From positions 276,982 to 340,981 of the forward strand of contig BCKZ01000022.1 of NCBI GenBank assembly GCA_001600815.1: a DNA stretch of 64,000 nt. The letters are read 5' to 3'. Position numbers and translations under genes: made by a program. Source of the stretch: Alloascoidea hylecoeti. Lineage: Eukaryota. This document shows positions 10,623 through 23,376 of this stretch, in pieces; positions within the stretch are counted from its first letter, which is position 1, and every line of letters starts with the position of its first letter. The notes under the pieces were generated by a model that was not told the DNA's origin, ran no database searches, and saw nothing but the letters and a program-made list of their open reading frames with translations.

Positions 10623-13327
10623 TTAAACTTGCTCTTTGTTGCTAAAGGGAAAATAAGGAGTATCAAAAATACCATCAGTAAGAAAAGTTGGAATACTAAA
10701 CATTCCAGGGAGTAGCTTATCAATCATGAAAGTTGATTTTGTATCAAAATCAAAAGTATCACAATCTATATTTGGGGAATTTAAATCTGAAAAATCAATG
10801 TTTGGAAATGTATGTTCTGAATCCATGATATTTATAGGCATGTTTGATGAGGGGATTGATAAATTGACATCTCCAACTGGTAGTACACAACCATGGGTTT
10901 GCTTCATGTGCATTGGAACTGTGGTTATTGGTATAGATGGCTGACAAGAATTTGATACATTGTTATTAACGGGTACAGATATGGTTGATTGAAGTTTCTC
11001 ATTTGTTGAACCCAAATCTGGTATAACTGGAGCTGCATTGACATTTACATTCATCTTTGATCTATCTTTGGCAAGTTTAAAGAGATCACCCATTGAACAT
11101 CTTACCTGATTCCAAAAATTTGGCCCATAGTTTATTTCAAATTCCTTTTGTTTATCAACTTTCAAAGAAGAAAAGTCATTCAAGAACTTCTCCATAATAT
11201 CCAAGTTTCCGGGCACATCTGGATAATTGGGATGTACCAAAACATGAGTAAATACTGAAATAAAAGCTGAAATAGGATAAATAACGATAGAACTCTCAAA
11301 AATTTTCAAAGGTGCAGCATAAATAGATGTTAGCTTTAATATGCTTTGAGCAGCACTTAAAAAGCCATGAAGAAATTTTTGAGAGAGAATATGCCTATTA
11401 TTTTCTTCTATGGGAGACTGATTAGTTTCATAATCTGAATAGCTGATTACCACTCGATTTATTAACATTTTGAAATAGTAATAAGCAAAAGAGAGATGAA
11501 TAATTAAAATATTTGATATATCGGATCCAATTAAGGCATCATCAGTATTAGGCATATCTATCCAAGTATTAAGGTTTAAATGGATAGTAGGCTTAATAAA
11601 TTCAGGGAGATTATTTTTCCATTCTTCAATTTTGGATTCTATTAATCGTGCTTTATCAATCATGTTTTCAAAGGTTTTGTTTTTGAAAGAATTTTCAGCG
11701 AAATAATCAACGTAGAACTCACCAATTATTATCGATAAATTCTGCCATGCTCTGATCATAACTTGTTGTAATACTGAATAGTATCTACCATATGAGAATG
11801 GCTCAACATTATTTTGACTAATAAATAGTTGACCAGGTATTGCTAAAGATTTGAGTTTACAAAATTTTGTGTGTAAAATGCTAAGCTCTTCTAGAAGGTC
11901 TTGGGATATTATATCACGCGGAACGGTAACGTCTCTCAAACTAATAATTGGGGGTATACTTCTCATCATTGCAAAACTAGCATCAATTGAATAGCAAAAC
12001 CACCATAGTAATTTAATTCTTTCTGCTTCCTTAGAAGGAAGAACTTCATAATACTCCTTCCTATGGAGCCCTATCTCTTGTGCTAATCGTATTGCTGTCG
12101 AACCCACCATGGAATTTATATCGGGAAATGATATATCGTTAAAGACGACAATCATAAGTAACATAGCCTGTATACCCTCAATAGCTCCTCCAACCACTGA
12201 TATTCTATGGAAATAAAAAATCGAATTTTTAACATATGCCGCACCCTCCTCATAACCTAATTCTCTCAATTTTAAAAATTTCTCGTTTGATAGTAAAGAT
12301 TTATTAAGCCTTGTACCTCTTTTAAGATTTTCTATATGATATCTTGCTGAGGCTCCTAACACACATAGCAAATTCATAATTAAAAGGTCAGCATATGTGC
12401 TCTTTTTGTTACTATCGAAATAAATATCAATCATTCGCTCTATAGCCTTTTTATCGAAAATGCAACTGATAAAAGAAGAAACGCTGAAGAATAGATCATT
12501 TAAAGTCAACATTACTATTTTTTCCGGCAACGAAATGACCTTTGTTGTGTCTATAGGTTCGACCCATACCCGTAAGGTTGATTCTAAATATTCATGAATC
12601 ATTTTGTGATGGAGGATTATTTTAGAGCAGTCAGTAGAACGTAATCCTAATTTCTGATCGATCCATTTAATAGCCTTTGTTGAAAAAGCAGAAAAGTTAT
12701 AAAGACTCCGTACATTGATATTGTCCTTTAAATGTTTTAATGGATGACAATAAGAATTTTCAACCTCAAATGGACAACAATCGACTTCCGTTTCTTTTAG
12801 ACTTTTCTTATTATCTGAGACAACTTCACTACTTTGGATTAAACTTGTAACTGAGATTGAATGGCCCTCAACATTGGTTTTCCTTGTTTTTGATTCTTGT
12901 CGCTTAATATGATTTGACACCCCACTATCTACAGGTGACGATTGTTTAGTGCCGGTTGTAATTGGTTTCGTTTCTTTACTTAGTACCAAATTTAAACCTT
13001 CTATGACTTTTTCCATCCGCTCAAGACGGACTTCCATAGCCTTAAAAACTTCTTCTCTTCAAATTTCATAATTAGTTTCTGACTGATATCAATAAATATT
13101 TAAACTCACCTTTTCGGAGGACTTCTTTTCTTCACAACATGATTATAGGTGCACTGATTACCAGAGCTGTTGCAACTCTGACATGGTGTGCTACCATTAC
13201 ACTTAATTTTTCTCTTTCTACATTCATCACATGCCTTCCTAGTCCGCTGTCTTTTGGCAGAATGGGATGTTTCATAGCTACCAGTTGTAGGCTGAGGGAA
13301 AGATAAAATAATATTCTGCCTTTTCAT
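10623..13327 (-). CDS. Zn(II)2Cys6 transcription factor with fungal-specific TF domain; exons 13327-13110, 13056-10623
   Basis: ACDECRKRKIKCNGSTPCQSCNSSGNQCTY zinc cluster; AIRLAQEIGLHR and LWWFCYSIDA middle-homology motifs. A 53-nt intron 13109-13057 (GTGAGT...ACTAAT...AAG) gives in-frame KRSPPKREEVFKAMEVRL. Confidence 0.92.
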
Positions 13328-14247
13328 CGTTAGAGAGTTTTGTTAGGAAATGTTTATATATCGTATAGTTAGCAGTAAAGAATAGTAACCGGATGATTCA
13401 TGAGTTTTAGGTTCCGGATATAATATTTATAGTAAGAGATCTAGATAAAAAATAAATAAATTTATACATGTTAATTTTAACATTCTATAACAAGGTCATT
13501 CATGATCATGAATAATATTCTATTTATTCAGTATTCTGATGATTATTTGTTTATTAATTCTAGAGACAAATTGTAGAACAATTGCTTCCATTGGTACCTT
13601 GATTAGTCTGTTTTCAGTCATATAATGATGTTTTTCGTTGTAGTTTAAGCAAAAAGCCTGAACTTCAATATTGCTTCATTAAGTGTATGCTTAGCTGCAT
13701 AATTTATAAGATATTATAATTACTGGAACCGGAAAGTGTTCCTGCATCCGGAACCGGGACTCTTACAACCATGCATACAACATTAATATTTGCCATGGTT
13801 GATTTTTTGTATAGCCATTTTTCCAAATATAAATAAATCTCCTTGTACATAAGTTATACTGTTCATATATATGGGACCACTTATTTTGTCTTCGAATCAT
13901 TCTAATTGGAATAGTTTTGCCTTCACAACCATAGCTGGCGCCACATTACGTGTCTGCTATTCAATTGCAATCAAAGGTCTTGTAATCTTTAATTAATGAC
14001 AGTTCAACTATTGTAAGTAATTGTTACCGTCATTTAAATTTGTGGTGACGATTTAATTATGTAAGATAACACAGTAGTCATCAAGTTTGTCTATTATTCA
14101 TCACTATGAGAATTACTATAGAATCGTATAGATTAATTAATAATATAATGCTTTTTTTCAGACACCACCAAATAAGCCATGGCTATATTATAACCAACTA
14201 TATTATACTTCTATTTTTGCTATTCTATCTTTAAATATGAATTATAG

Positions 14248-15304
14248 GTGAAGTTCGCTAGAACTTACTACGCATTAAATAGTTATATAATTAAATATAG
14301 AGGCAAGGAAAACAATGATGAGGAAGTGCAGGCTCATTATTATAAGACAGATACACCAGTCAAAGCTCTACCTACTTCCAGACTACTTCTACCAGATAAC
14401 ATAGAGATCACAGCTCTCTGTGATACAGGTTCTGAAATTTCTCTAATTTCCAAAGATATTTTCAACACAATTCCATACTTCAATATTGAAAATACAGGCA
14501 TGATTACAGTCGATACTCAGTACGCAAAGAGAACTTTTGAAAAGAATCATATGACCATAAACTTCATCCTCGACGATAAAGGTCTAAGCTACAGGCACAA
14601 ATTCTGAATTGATCCAACAAGAAAACATCAAGATCTTTTTGGCTGGGATTTCTTTAAAGCAAATAATATATCAGTACCTATTGAGTCCAGTAAGTCATTA
14701 GTCCAACTGAATAAACTGTTGTGATCCTTTAAACCAGGACCAATTTCATTACCACCCCATTCTGAATATGATTACAAATTCCAGTAACCGACAACTTTGA
14801 AACATTAAAGCCTCGTCCGTTAATCAAATTGAATAAAGTACAATATGAATTTTTGGAAACAGAAATCTCAACGCTCTTACAATTAGAAATCAATCATCAA
14901 AAATATTCCTCCAACTTCTTCTAATTGCGTCGCTTTTATAGTCCCAAAACCACATGTAGTTTGGTAATTTATTTCAAACCTCTCAGTAGTATCACTCTGA
15001 CACTCCCTACTGAAATACAATCAGAGAATTGGTCGTCTGATTTAGTGACCCGGTTATCTTCTCAACTTTGGACCTTACTAATGCCTATCATCACCTCCGC
15101 TTAGATGAAGAGACAGAACACTATACCACATTTAAGTGTCCATTCGGTATTTACTGTCTTAGAGTTTTAACTTTTGATTTGGTTGATTCGCCAAGAATAT
15201 TTACCCAATTTCTCAATGATATTCCTCACGAATATCCTTTTTTCAGTAGCTCTGAGGAGGAACACATCTACTATATAATCACCCTTTCTCCGAGAATCCT
15301 ATAG
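14248..15304 (+). mobile_element. Degenerate Ty3/gypsy pol relic (protease and RT)
   Basis: Aspartic protease ALCDTGSEISLIS; RT motifs LDLTNAYHHLRL and TTFKCPFGIY...FDLVDSPRIF; many stops and frameshifts. Confidence 0.88.
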
Positions 15305-15539
15305 AATTATAGCAGAATATACAAGAAGAATTATTACGTTGGAATAATTATTATCAGTGAAGTACAATGAGTAACTCTGAGGATAAAAACAGTAACGATA
15401 TTCCTTTAACCCAATAGAGATAACCAATGAGAGCTAGTATGTATGTAAGATATTCTGTATAGCATCCCCCTTCTAAAAATTAAATAACGGTTTGAGAAAT
15501 CTATAAAATATTAACTATCAACGATTCATATCTGATGTT

Positions 15540-16654
15540 TGTTTGTTTAATCATGTACTACAAAACTCCATGGTAAGATCATTAACAACAATTTCCCCCA
15601 AGATATGAGTGTTAGGCATTTCATGAAAACACAGATTACCAAAATAAAAACCAAGTTAGAAATATCAATAAAGATTAGCATTGTTTCCCACATAATTTCA
15701 ATCATTTCCATACATATCAAAATTATAAGAACAAAACTCTCATCTAAATCTTAATGATCCAAAATCTGTATGTTAAAAGTGTGTATGAAGGTACAATCAT
15801 TGTGACAATTAATCATGAACGACTTAGCACAATTATAACATGCTATTAAGCCTGATGTAAGTCTGGTTTTTCCAACATTTGCTTTCAAAGTTCCAATTCC
15901 TTCTCTTGGTTTGATGGCAATTCAAATTCTGTTTAATAAATGTATGTTATCAGCTAATACAACTAATGCAGTTGTTAAATGTGCTGATCCAATACATAAA
16001 TCTTTCCCATAAGTTTTGTCTTCATCTTTTATCATCATATTTCCGAAGGTGTTCCATTTCTGTATTTAGTTTCTCGAATTATGGTGTTGTTACCGACTCT
16101 GATTGTAAAGTTCATATTTTACGATGGTGACTGTTTTAGATCAGATGGAATAGCTGTTGATAGATAAAAAACAATGTGAGTGAAATATTTATCCCTTATA
16201 TGATGTTCTGATAAAGCGATACCATCAGCCTTTATCTTCCATCCTAAAAATGCATCATATTCAATTGATAACGGTTCTTCTATTTTTTAATTTTTCATAA
16301 TTCAAGAATAATTTATAATAATACTGGATCTCCTTTGGTAGCTGAGCAATAATACTATGATTTTCCATTGCCGTTGTTGCAAACCTTGAAGTTGTATCCA
16401 TAATTTTGGAATCTGTATCGCTACTCTTTCCTTGTATATATTCCTGTGGAGTTTTCATTGAGACAATGGTTATTCTTTTATTAGGTAATGTTTTGGTTAT
16501 TAGTTCATAAGCTGCAATCAATAGATCCCAATAAGTATTGGAGTATTAACTGGTAGTGCTTCTGTAACCATGAACACGAATATGCAATGATTCCCATCTA
16601 TAAAGAAATCTAATTCTGTATATTGTGCTATAATAATAGGTTGAGTTTCACCAA
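15540..16654 (-). mobile_element. Second degenerate, internally deleted Ty3/gypsy pol relic in opposite orientation
   Basis: In minus-strand order: protease C-terminus (FVFMVTEALPVNTPILIG), RT end (FLGWKIKADGI), connection (FEKLN), RNase H end (ERFMYWISTFNNCI), integrase-like (NYV, GNLCFHEMP). The PR-RT-RH-IN order is the Ty3/gypsy order. Confidence 0.7.
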
Positions 16655-16723
16655 TATACCCAATATAGATTTAAAAAGCAAGCATCATTATATAGAAAGA
16701 ATTTAGATTTTTAGCGCTTAAGG
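16655..16723 (+). repeat. 69-bp dispersed repeat (copy of acetyltransferase 3' flank)
   Basis: 66/69 identical to 20077-20145; related sequence inverted at about 29301-29353. Confidence 0.92.
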
Positions 16724-16739
16724 CCAATCGATATCGATA

Positions 16740-17228
16740 TGTCACATATAGAGTTTTTCTATTTGAGCTATAACCACAAAACACCTATATAAATAAATAG
16801 TTTGTGTATTACTGTAGAGTAATTTCTTAACGCCTTTTAAAATAAAATTATTAGTATTTACTTATAACTAGTTGCGAAACATAAGCTCTCTGTTAACATA
16901 GATAAGATAATTACAGAATGGCTGATAATAAACAAACAACCTCAAGAAACACTGCCAATAGCATTGGTCCCCAATGATGATGAAATGTCATTAAGGCTTG
17001 ATATACTCGAGAACAAATTCGAATCAATCAACACTCAGTATCAAGATATTTGCAACAATTTTAACACCTTAATTTATTTTGCATAATAAATCTAATACTG
17101 GAAAAGACAACAACAAAGCTGAAGAGATTGGAAAAGATCTTAAAGCAACAAAGAAAGAACCCTTTAAGGATGAAGCCTTAAAGAGTCACTTTGTTCAAGA
17201 TATATATTTTAAACTAAATAAAGTGACA
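16740..17228 (+). mobile_element. Possible LTR/gag relic
   Basis: Bounded by TGTCAC...GTGACA; contains a broken coiled-coil-like frame (MSLRLDILENKFESINTQY); lies next to the Ty3 relics. Confidence 0.3.
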
Positions 17229-17636
17229 TTTTAAGTTTATTTAGTTTTAGTGTCTTAAATCTAGGAGGCATGGAATCAGTCAGATCATGAATGATATATC
17301 CCGATAGATAAAGTCCCAAAAGTTCCATAGGCCTAGGAACTCAAATAATTGATTTTTATTCATTTGTAGATCCATATAATGTGGAAGGTTCATACTCACA
17401 ATCACTTCCCAGTGATGTAATTTTATGAGGAAATTCCTAATGTCCTCAATTAATTGTACATTATTAATATGAGGGTGGAAACTTATCAATATAAGGTATG
17501 GGAGACATACTGTTGATGTAATTCCTTTAAAAGATATTGAAAATGTTTGGAATTTTACATGGACGAGCTCGTGTATGTTTTAAACCATAGCTATACGATA
17601 GATTCTAAAATAATATATATATAAAAAGATACTATT

Positions 17637-19334
17637 TTAATGAGAAAATCTAAAATCTAATCTTTTATTACCTTTATCAGTTGTATTTTCTAAATAATCC
17701 TCTTTTTCATTTTGACTCATATTATTCCATTTTAAATCTCTTGTTTTATTTCTCCATATATAATAAATTTTTGTTAAAATCAAAAGAATAATAACAACAA
17801 TATTTATTATAAATAATTGAGTATTACCTCTATGATATAATGGTTTGTCATCAGTACGATAAATATTTGAAGCAATAATTGAACTTAATTGAACCATCAT
17901 ATTGTATAAAGAAGCAGAAACTGTTCTTGATCTTACTGTATTTGAATTTTTTGAACACCAACTAACAAGAATTGCATGAATATAAGGAGCACCAAGCAAT
18001 AATGTTGCAATAATATATGTTGGCCATACTTTAACCATTGAACCTGGCCACCATCTTAATGCAGCCATTGTTGGTAAGATCCATAATGGTTGAGATAAAC
18101 AAATTAAAGACTTCTCATTTAATACCACCGATAATTTAGTCACAAATAACAATAATATAATTTCAAGTACATTATAAGGAATTGTTAATAAATTTGTATC
18201 AAAAGTACTAAAACCTAATTGTTTTAAAACCAAAGTTAAATAATTCGTTAATGGTTTACTTGGAATATAGGCAATTAAACCAATCATATATAATGGCCAT
18301 AAATCATAATCTGTTAATGAATGCCACAATTCAAGTGGTGTAATAGGTTGTCTATTATTCATATCACCTTTTGAAGGATCATCTCTTAAAACTCTATTAA
18401 CGACAATTTTTTCTTCTCTATCTGTAAACCAACCTTTTGGTCTCCATTTTGTTTTAGTTTGAACTGCAGATGGTGTCATTTTAAAAAAAGAAAAAATTCC
18501 TATAATCAATGTGAATATACCTTCTAAAAGGAAAAGCCATCTCCATCCTTCTAATCCTGCAATATCCCTCATTCTTAAAATTGCAAATGCTAATATTGAA
18601 GTAAAAATTATAGTTAGAAATTGGGCGCTCCAAAATATACTTAATCTAACAGGTAATTCATTACTTGTGTAAAAATAAGATAACCATAAAACAATATCAG
18701 GGATGAAACCACCTTCTAATAAACCAAGTAAAGCTCTTGTAGCATAAAAAGATTTTTTACCAGTTATAGCACATTGACAAATAGCAACAATTGACCATAA
18801 AGTAATTTGCATGGGAATCCATCTATCAGGACCAATTTTTTTTGAAATTAATTGTGAAGGTAATTCAGCACTTAAAAAAGTTGCAAAAAAAATTGTATTA
18901 CCATAATTATATTCATTTGTAATCATATTAAGATCATCTAACATATTATCAGATATTGCTTGTTTTAAATTTCCTCTATCAACTTGTAAAGCCATAAACA
19001 TCATACATGCCCAAAAAGTAACTCTATATTCTAATTTTCTAACAACTGCTTTTTCTTCTTTTTTATCCCATTCAAAATCAGGATCTAATAAATGTCTGCA
19101 TTCATAATTACATTTATTATAAAGATTTTTATAATAAGAATAAACATTTGGATCTTTAAAGACATTATCTAATTTTGCAATTTCTTCTGTTATAATTAAC
19201 TGACCATCTCTTGAAATAAAGTTATCATTATGTTGTTTGTTTTGTGTTGATTCAGCACCTTCATTCTCACTATCGCTGGGAATACTTTGAGAATTCACAA
19301 CTGAATTTTTCTTATCAATAGAATGATCAGACAT
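17637..19334 (-). CDS. SOA1: MFS transporter, allantoate permease/ACS family, sulfonate-sulfate Soa1 type
   Basis: MFMALQVDRGNLKQAISDNMLDDL, ELPSQLISKKIGPDRWIP, GWRWLFLLEG, RVLRDDPSKGDMNNRQ, C-terminal DKGNKRLDFRF. Confidence 0.85.
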   Translation of the reverse strand: MSDHSIDKKNSVVNSQSIPSDSENEGAESTQNKQHNDNFISRDGQLIITEEIAKLDNVFKDPNVYSYYKNLYNKCNYECRHLLDPDFEWDKKEEKAVVRKLEYRVTFWACMMFMALQVDRGNLKQAISDNMLDDLNMITNEYNYGNTIFFATFLSAELPSQLISKKIGPDRWIPMQITLWSIVAICQCAITGKKSFYATRALLGLLEGGFIPDIVLWLSYFYTSNELPVRLSIFWSAQFLTIIFTSILAFAILRMRDIAGLEGWRWLFLLEGIFTLIIGIFSFFKMTPSAVQTKTKWRPKGWFTDREEKIVVNRVLRDDPSKGDMNNRQPITPLELWHSLTDYDLWPLYMIGLIAYIPSKPLTNYLTLVLKQLGFSTFDTNLLTIPYNVLEIILLLFVTKLSVVLNEKSLICLSQPLWILPTMAALRWWPGSMVKVWPTYIIATLLLGAPYIHAILVSWCSKNSNTVRSRTVSASLYNMMVQLSSIIASNIYRTDDKPLYHRGNTQLFIINIVVIILLILTKIYYIWRNKTRDLKWNNMSQNEKEDYLENTTDKGNKRLDFRFSH

Positions 19335-19828
19335 TAGTTGAAATGAGAAATGAAGTAATTACTAGAAATAATATTCCATCCGTCTCTTTTTATAGTAAAA
19401 CCAAATAGAATTGTCTTATGTATATGTGACCCAACATGTTGTAATTGATCATGATACGTATATAATATGAGTATGTATTAGCCATTGATATTTTTCACAT
19501 AACTACTATTAATACCATAAACTTATAAAAATATGTTGCTAACCATCGGAAAAGGGCGATATACAGGGTAATTCTCGCAAACCGGCATAGCACGCAGAAT
19601 CGAGGCATTAGCACGCAATCGAGGGTAGTTGTGGCTAGTATTGGCACCAACTAGGCCGATGAAGCGTGAAATATCATTAGTAATTAATCCCGCGACAGTT
19701 AATTACCATTGTAATCCAAGAAGTCTATATTAATCCCATGTTTTTCAAGAAATTCATTATATTTCACTTTATTAGATCTATACAACAAATATGAAGGGAA
19801 AAAGAACACTCAACTGAAAAGAATATAA

Positions 19829-20000
19829 TTACCCGTTAAAATGGGAAGAAATTGTTGGTGGTGCTTAGTAACCGAGTTGTCACTATTGGAGATGGAGTTA
19901 CAATTGGATCTGAATCAGTTTTTACTAAAGATATTCCATCATTTAGTGTTGCTGTTGGTGTCCAGCTAGAGTTATTAAAAATGCTGGTCCTGTGAATTGA
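19829..20000 (+). pseudogene. 3' fragment of O-acetyltransferase gene
   Basis: LPVKMGRNCW...VTIGDGVTIGSESVFTKDIPSFSVAVG matches the C-terminus of 29423-30100, with indels; followed by homologous 3' flank to 20145. Confidence 0.88.
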
Positions 20001-20314
20001 GTTTTTAAAACTTTATATAGGGAAAATCATATATTTATATTATTATAAAGAAGTTTTTTAGATGCATGTTTTCTACTATACCCAATATAGATTTAAGAAG
20101 CAAATATCATTATATAGAAAGAATTTAGATTTTTAGCGCTTAAGGTGTACAATCATTATGTTGGTATTCAAAATTTTAAACCACAAGAGCAGTCTCATTA
20201 ATCCTTGTAAAACGATCAATTCATAACGTAACGTCTTGTAATAACCGTTTTTAGCAGAACCAGTAATTGTTACCAATAATTTGTCAAAAACAAGTCAACA
20301 GAGTTAAATATATT

Positions 20315-20336
20315 TAACGTTAACGTTAACGTTAAC
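20315..20336. repeat. Self-complementary (TTAACG)n microsatellite
   Basis: TTAACGTTAACGTTAACGTTAA seen directly. Confidence 0.85.
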
Positions 20337-20986
20337 TCAGGGAAGAGGATTAAACTTTGCGCTTTTTTCCAGGTACTATATTACACCACTGGAAGAAGGC
20401 GAGGGTGTGGAATCAAAACCACACTCGCAATTACAAAGTTAGAAGTTAACCCAATGCTATTCCTTTTGGAGTAGCAAGAAGATAAATAATATAATAATTT
20501 CCTATAAATCAGATTTGATAGTCCAGCCTGAATAGTAATTATACTCTTAATATAAAATAATTGGGATAAAAAAGAGGATAGTGTCACTATATTATGAGTT
20601 GAACAAGATCTTGTATTAACTATAAAACAGGCTGTACTTGGCAAATTGATATTCAATAGAATCTTTTAAAAGAACCACATGAGCAGTCTCTCGGTTTTAT
20701 ATCTAAAAGTTTAATACATTTAGACCAGATCTCTATTGTTTGAGTATAATGATAGGAATTGTCACCAATCAATTGTGACTATAAATTTATCTAAGTTAAT
20801 ATTGATATTAGGTAACTCTTGATTACTCACCGCCCCTAACATTTCCTTTACATAAAAACTTCCTATACCCAATTAAGGAAGAAAACAATAAAATCTTTTA
20901 ATTATCAAACCTCCAATTATATGTAAACCAACTTCAAGCCATCAAGATTTTAAATAAAGTATATAAAAATCTTTAAAATATATAAA

Positions 20987-21650
20987 ATGCCAGGTCTTTC
21001 ACAACAAGAAAAGACCGAGATTATTTCATTAGCTGAACAATTAGATACAAATATTAAATTTCGAGATGATATAGAATTTATTAAGATGATAACAGGAGAG
21101 ATGTATTCCAGCTGGTACAGAGAAATTAACAGCAGCAAGACATTATGGACGAGTATTAACTTCTAAATTCAATTCAATTTTACCAACGGTTGATAATAAA
21201 TGGGAAGATGTTGAGAATTCAAGATTGGATGTATTAAAACAATTATTTGGTAAAGTTGGTAAAGATACATTTCTTGAACCACCATTAAATGTTGATTATG
21301 GACCAAATATAATTATTGGAGAAAGAGTTTATGGTAATTATAATTTAACAATTTTAGATTGTTCAATTGTTCAAATTGGAGATAGAACGATGTTTGGACC
21401 AAATGTTTCAATTTGTACTGCAACTCATTTAAGTACAGATGTTAAATCAAGACAAGAAAATATGGAATTTGCATTACCTATTAAGATTGGAAGAGATTGT
21501 TGGATTGGAGCTGGAGCTTGTATTAATCCTGGAGTCACTATTGGAGATGGAGTTACAATTGGATCTGGATCAGTTGTTACTAAATGATGGAATGTTGGTG
21601 TTCCAGCTAAAGTCATTAAAAAATCTGATCCTGTTGAATATCAGAATTGA
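20987..21650 (+). pseudogene. Full-length pseudogene of maltose/galactoside O-acetyltransferase
   Basis: Near-identical to the reverse complement of 29423-30100, but with an extra C at 21108-21109 and an inversion/deletion creating TGA at 21585-21587. Confidence 0.93.
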
Positions 21651-23376
21651 CTCTTTAAAACTTTATATCGTGAATAACAATGATTATATTATTATAAGGA
21701 CGTTTTAGATCCATGTTTTTTTACACGCAATACATATTAAGGAAAGTATAATTATAAATCTTATAGTTATAGATATAAGTTACAAAAAGAATTGAGATTT
21801 TTAATTACCTATCAATTCTATGTTAATAATTAGTTCATTCATTATGCACTAAAGCCTTTAAGTATTCTCACCTCGCCCACTATTATAATACGTATTTCTA
21901 TTAGCCAAATCTATGCTTAGTAGTAAATGAGCATAACTATACTAGAATATAGAGTATGTTTAACGGGCATAGAAGAACTTTTGAGAAATCCATCTTTTAA
22001 GACAAATATAATCGGTATTTATATAGGAGCACAAACACTAAGAATTGTGTAGAAATTATCATACGAGGAGAGTAAAGACTACAGCTCTCATTAATGAGAA
22101 TTCATAATCAATTTCCTGTCAGGCTATAATTAAAGCTAACACTTATCGTAATTAATCAAACTTAGTGCACGTGTTTAGTTCAAGGTTCAATTTATCAGCT
22201 CCTTTTATATCTTAAGCTTACTTGGATCCAAAATAAATACTATCATCATTATATATTAAAAATATTTAAGAAGTATGCTTCAATCACGATACGATTGATT
22301 AACAGGTATTGAGTATCATCTCAAGGTGATAATGTATTAATTTTTTGGTGGGTTGATCAGAGTCTCTGGGAGCATGATCATGAGACCATAGTATTGAATA
22401 CTAAGGTATAATCGAAAGGCTGATGCTCAATATTTTTAAAAAGAAACAAGCTTAGGTGCCGTCTCTTGGATTCTTGGCAAACGATATTTATCAATGGAAA
22501 CGTAATAATGATGTTTAGTTTCTTTTCTATTTTCATTAATTAGAAGTTAACATATCGGCGTTAAGTTTTATAGTAATTATAATTACAATATAAAAAAGGT
22601 CTAGACTTATAGTTGAAAAATCTTTGTGTTAAACGTCAGTAGAGGGTACCGCCCTAAATCTGCAAACGCACGTGACTCTTCAATTCTCGTATATTTATGG
22701 GCTACTACATGCATGGTGTGAAAAGAAAACAGAAATAGAAAGATTAATGATACGGTAAAGTGATTCTTATTTTGATTAATATTTAAATAGATGTAGATGT
22801 TGAATTGAGAAGAAGGTTCTTTTAGCATAGTCAATAAAGCCTGTAGGTTTTATTTTGGCTTCCAACAATCTTGGGTCTGAAGCCAAGTTTGGGTAGCTTT
22901 TGAAAATAATCCCCAACGCATGTAGCATTGAACGTGACGGTGACGTTAACCACGACAATACAAATGTGATGCAGGGATATCATAAAACAAACCCAGCTGC
23001 AAAGAAATATTCCCCCATTAATCTACTTGCAATCTACTTACAATGCGACTACTTGCAGATAAGGGACAAGATTGCAATTGAAGGAGAGTATGTTCCATGT
23101 TACTGTATGATGTCTGAGACATGTAGCGATCTAGATCGATCGACGTGCCTATGGTTCTGTAGACAATGTGATGAGTTCAGAAAAAAGGCACACGGAAGAG
23201 TGACAGGCTGACAGCAGGAGAAGCGAAGACGGGAGAATAGAGTTGCATTCGATTGATTGATTGATTGCTGCTTGATAGGCTGCGACGAAGTGAGGAAGAA
23301 GCGGTGGGCGTGTGGATGTATTGCCGTAGATTGTGTTTGCCTGTTGGCAGACTTCTACCTGAAATATCTTCAGCAA

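Noticed and set aside
15700..16020. Frame resembling a totivirus capsid, ketosynthase or Zn-dehydrogenase fragment
   Set aside because: Other frames give RNase H and integrase motifs collinear with the adjacent Ty3 pol, which is the simpler explanation.
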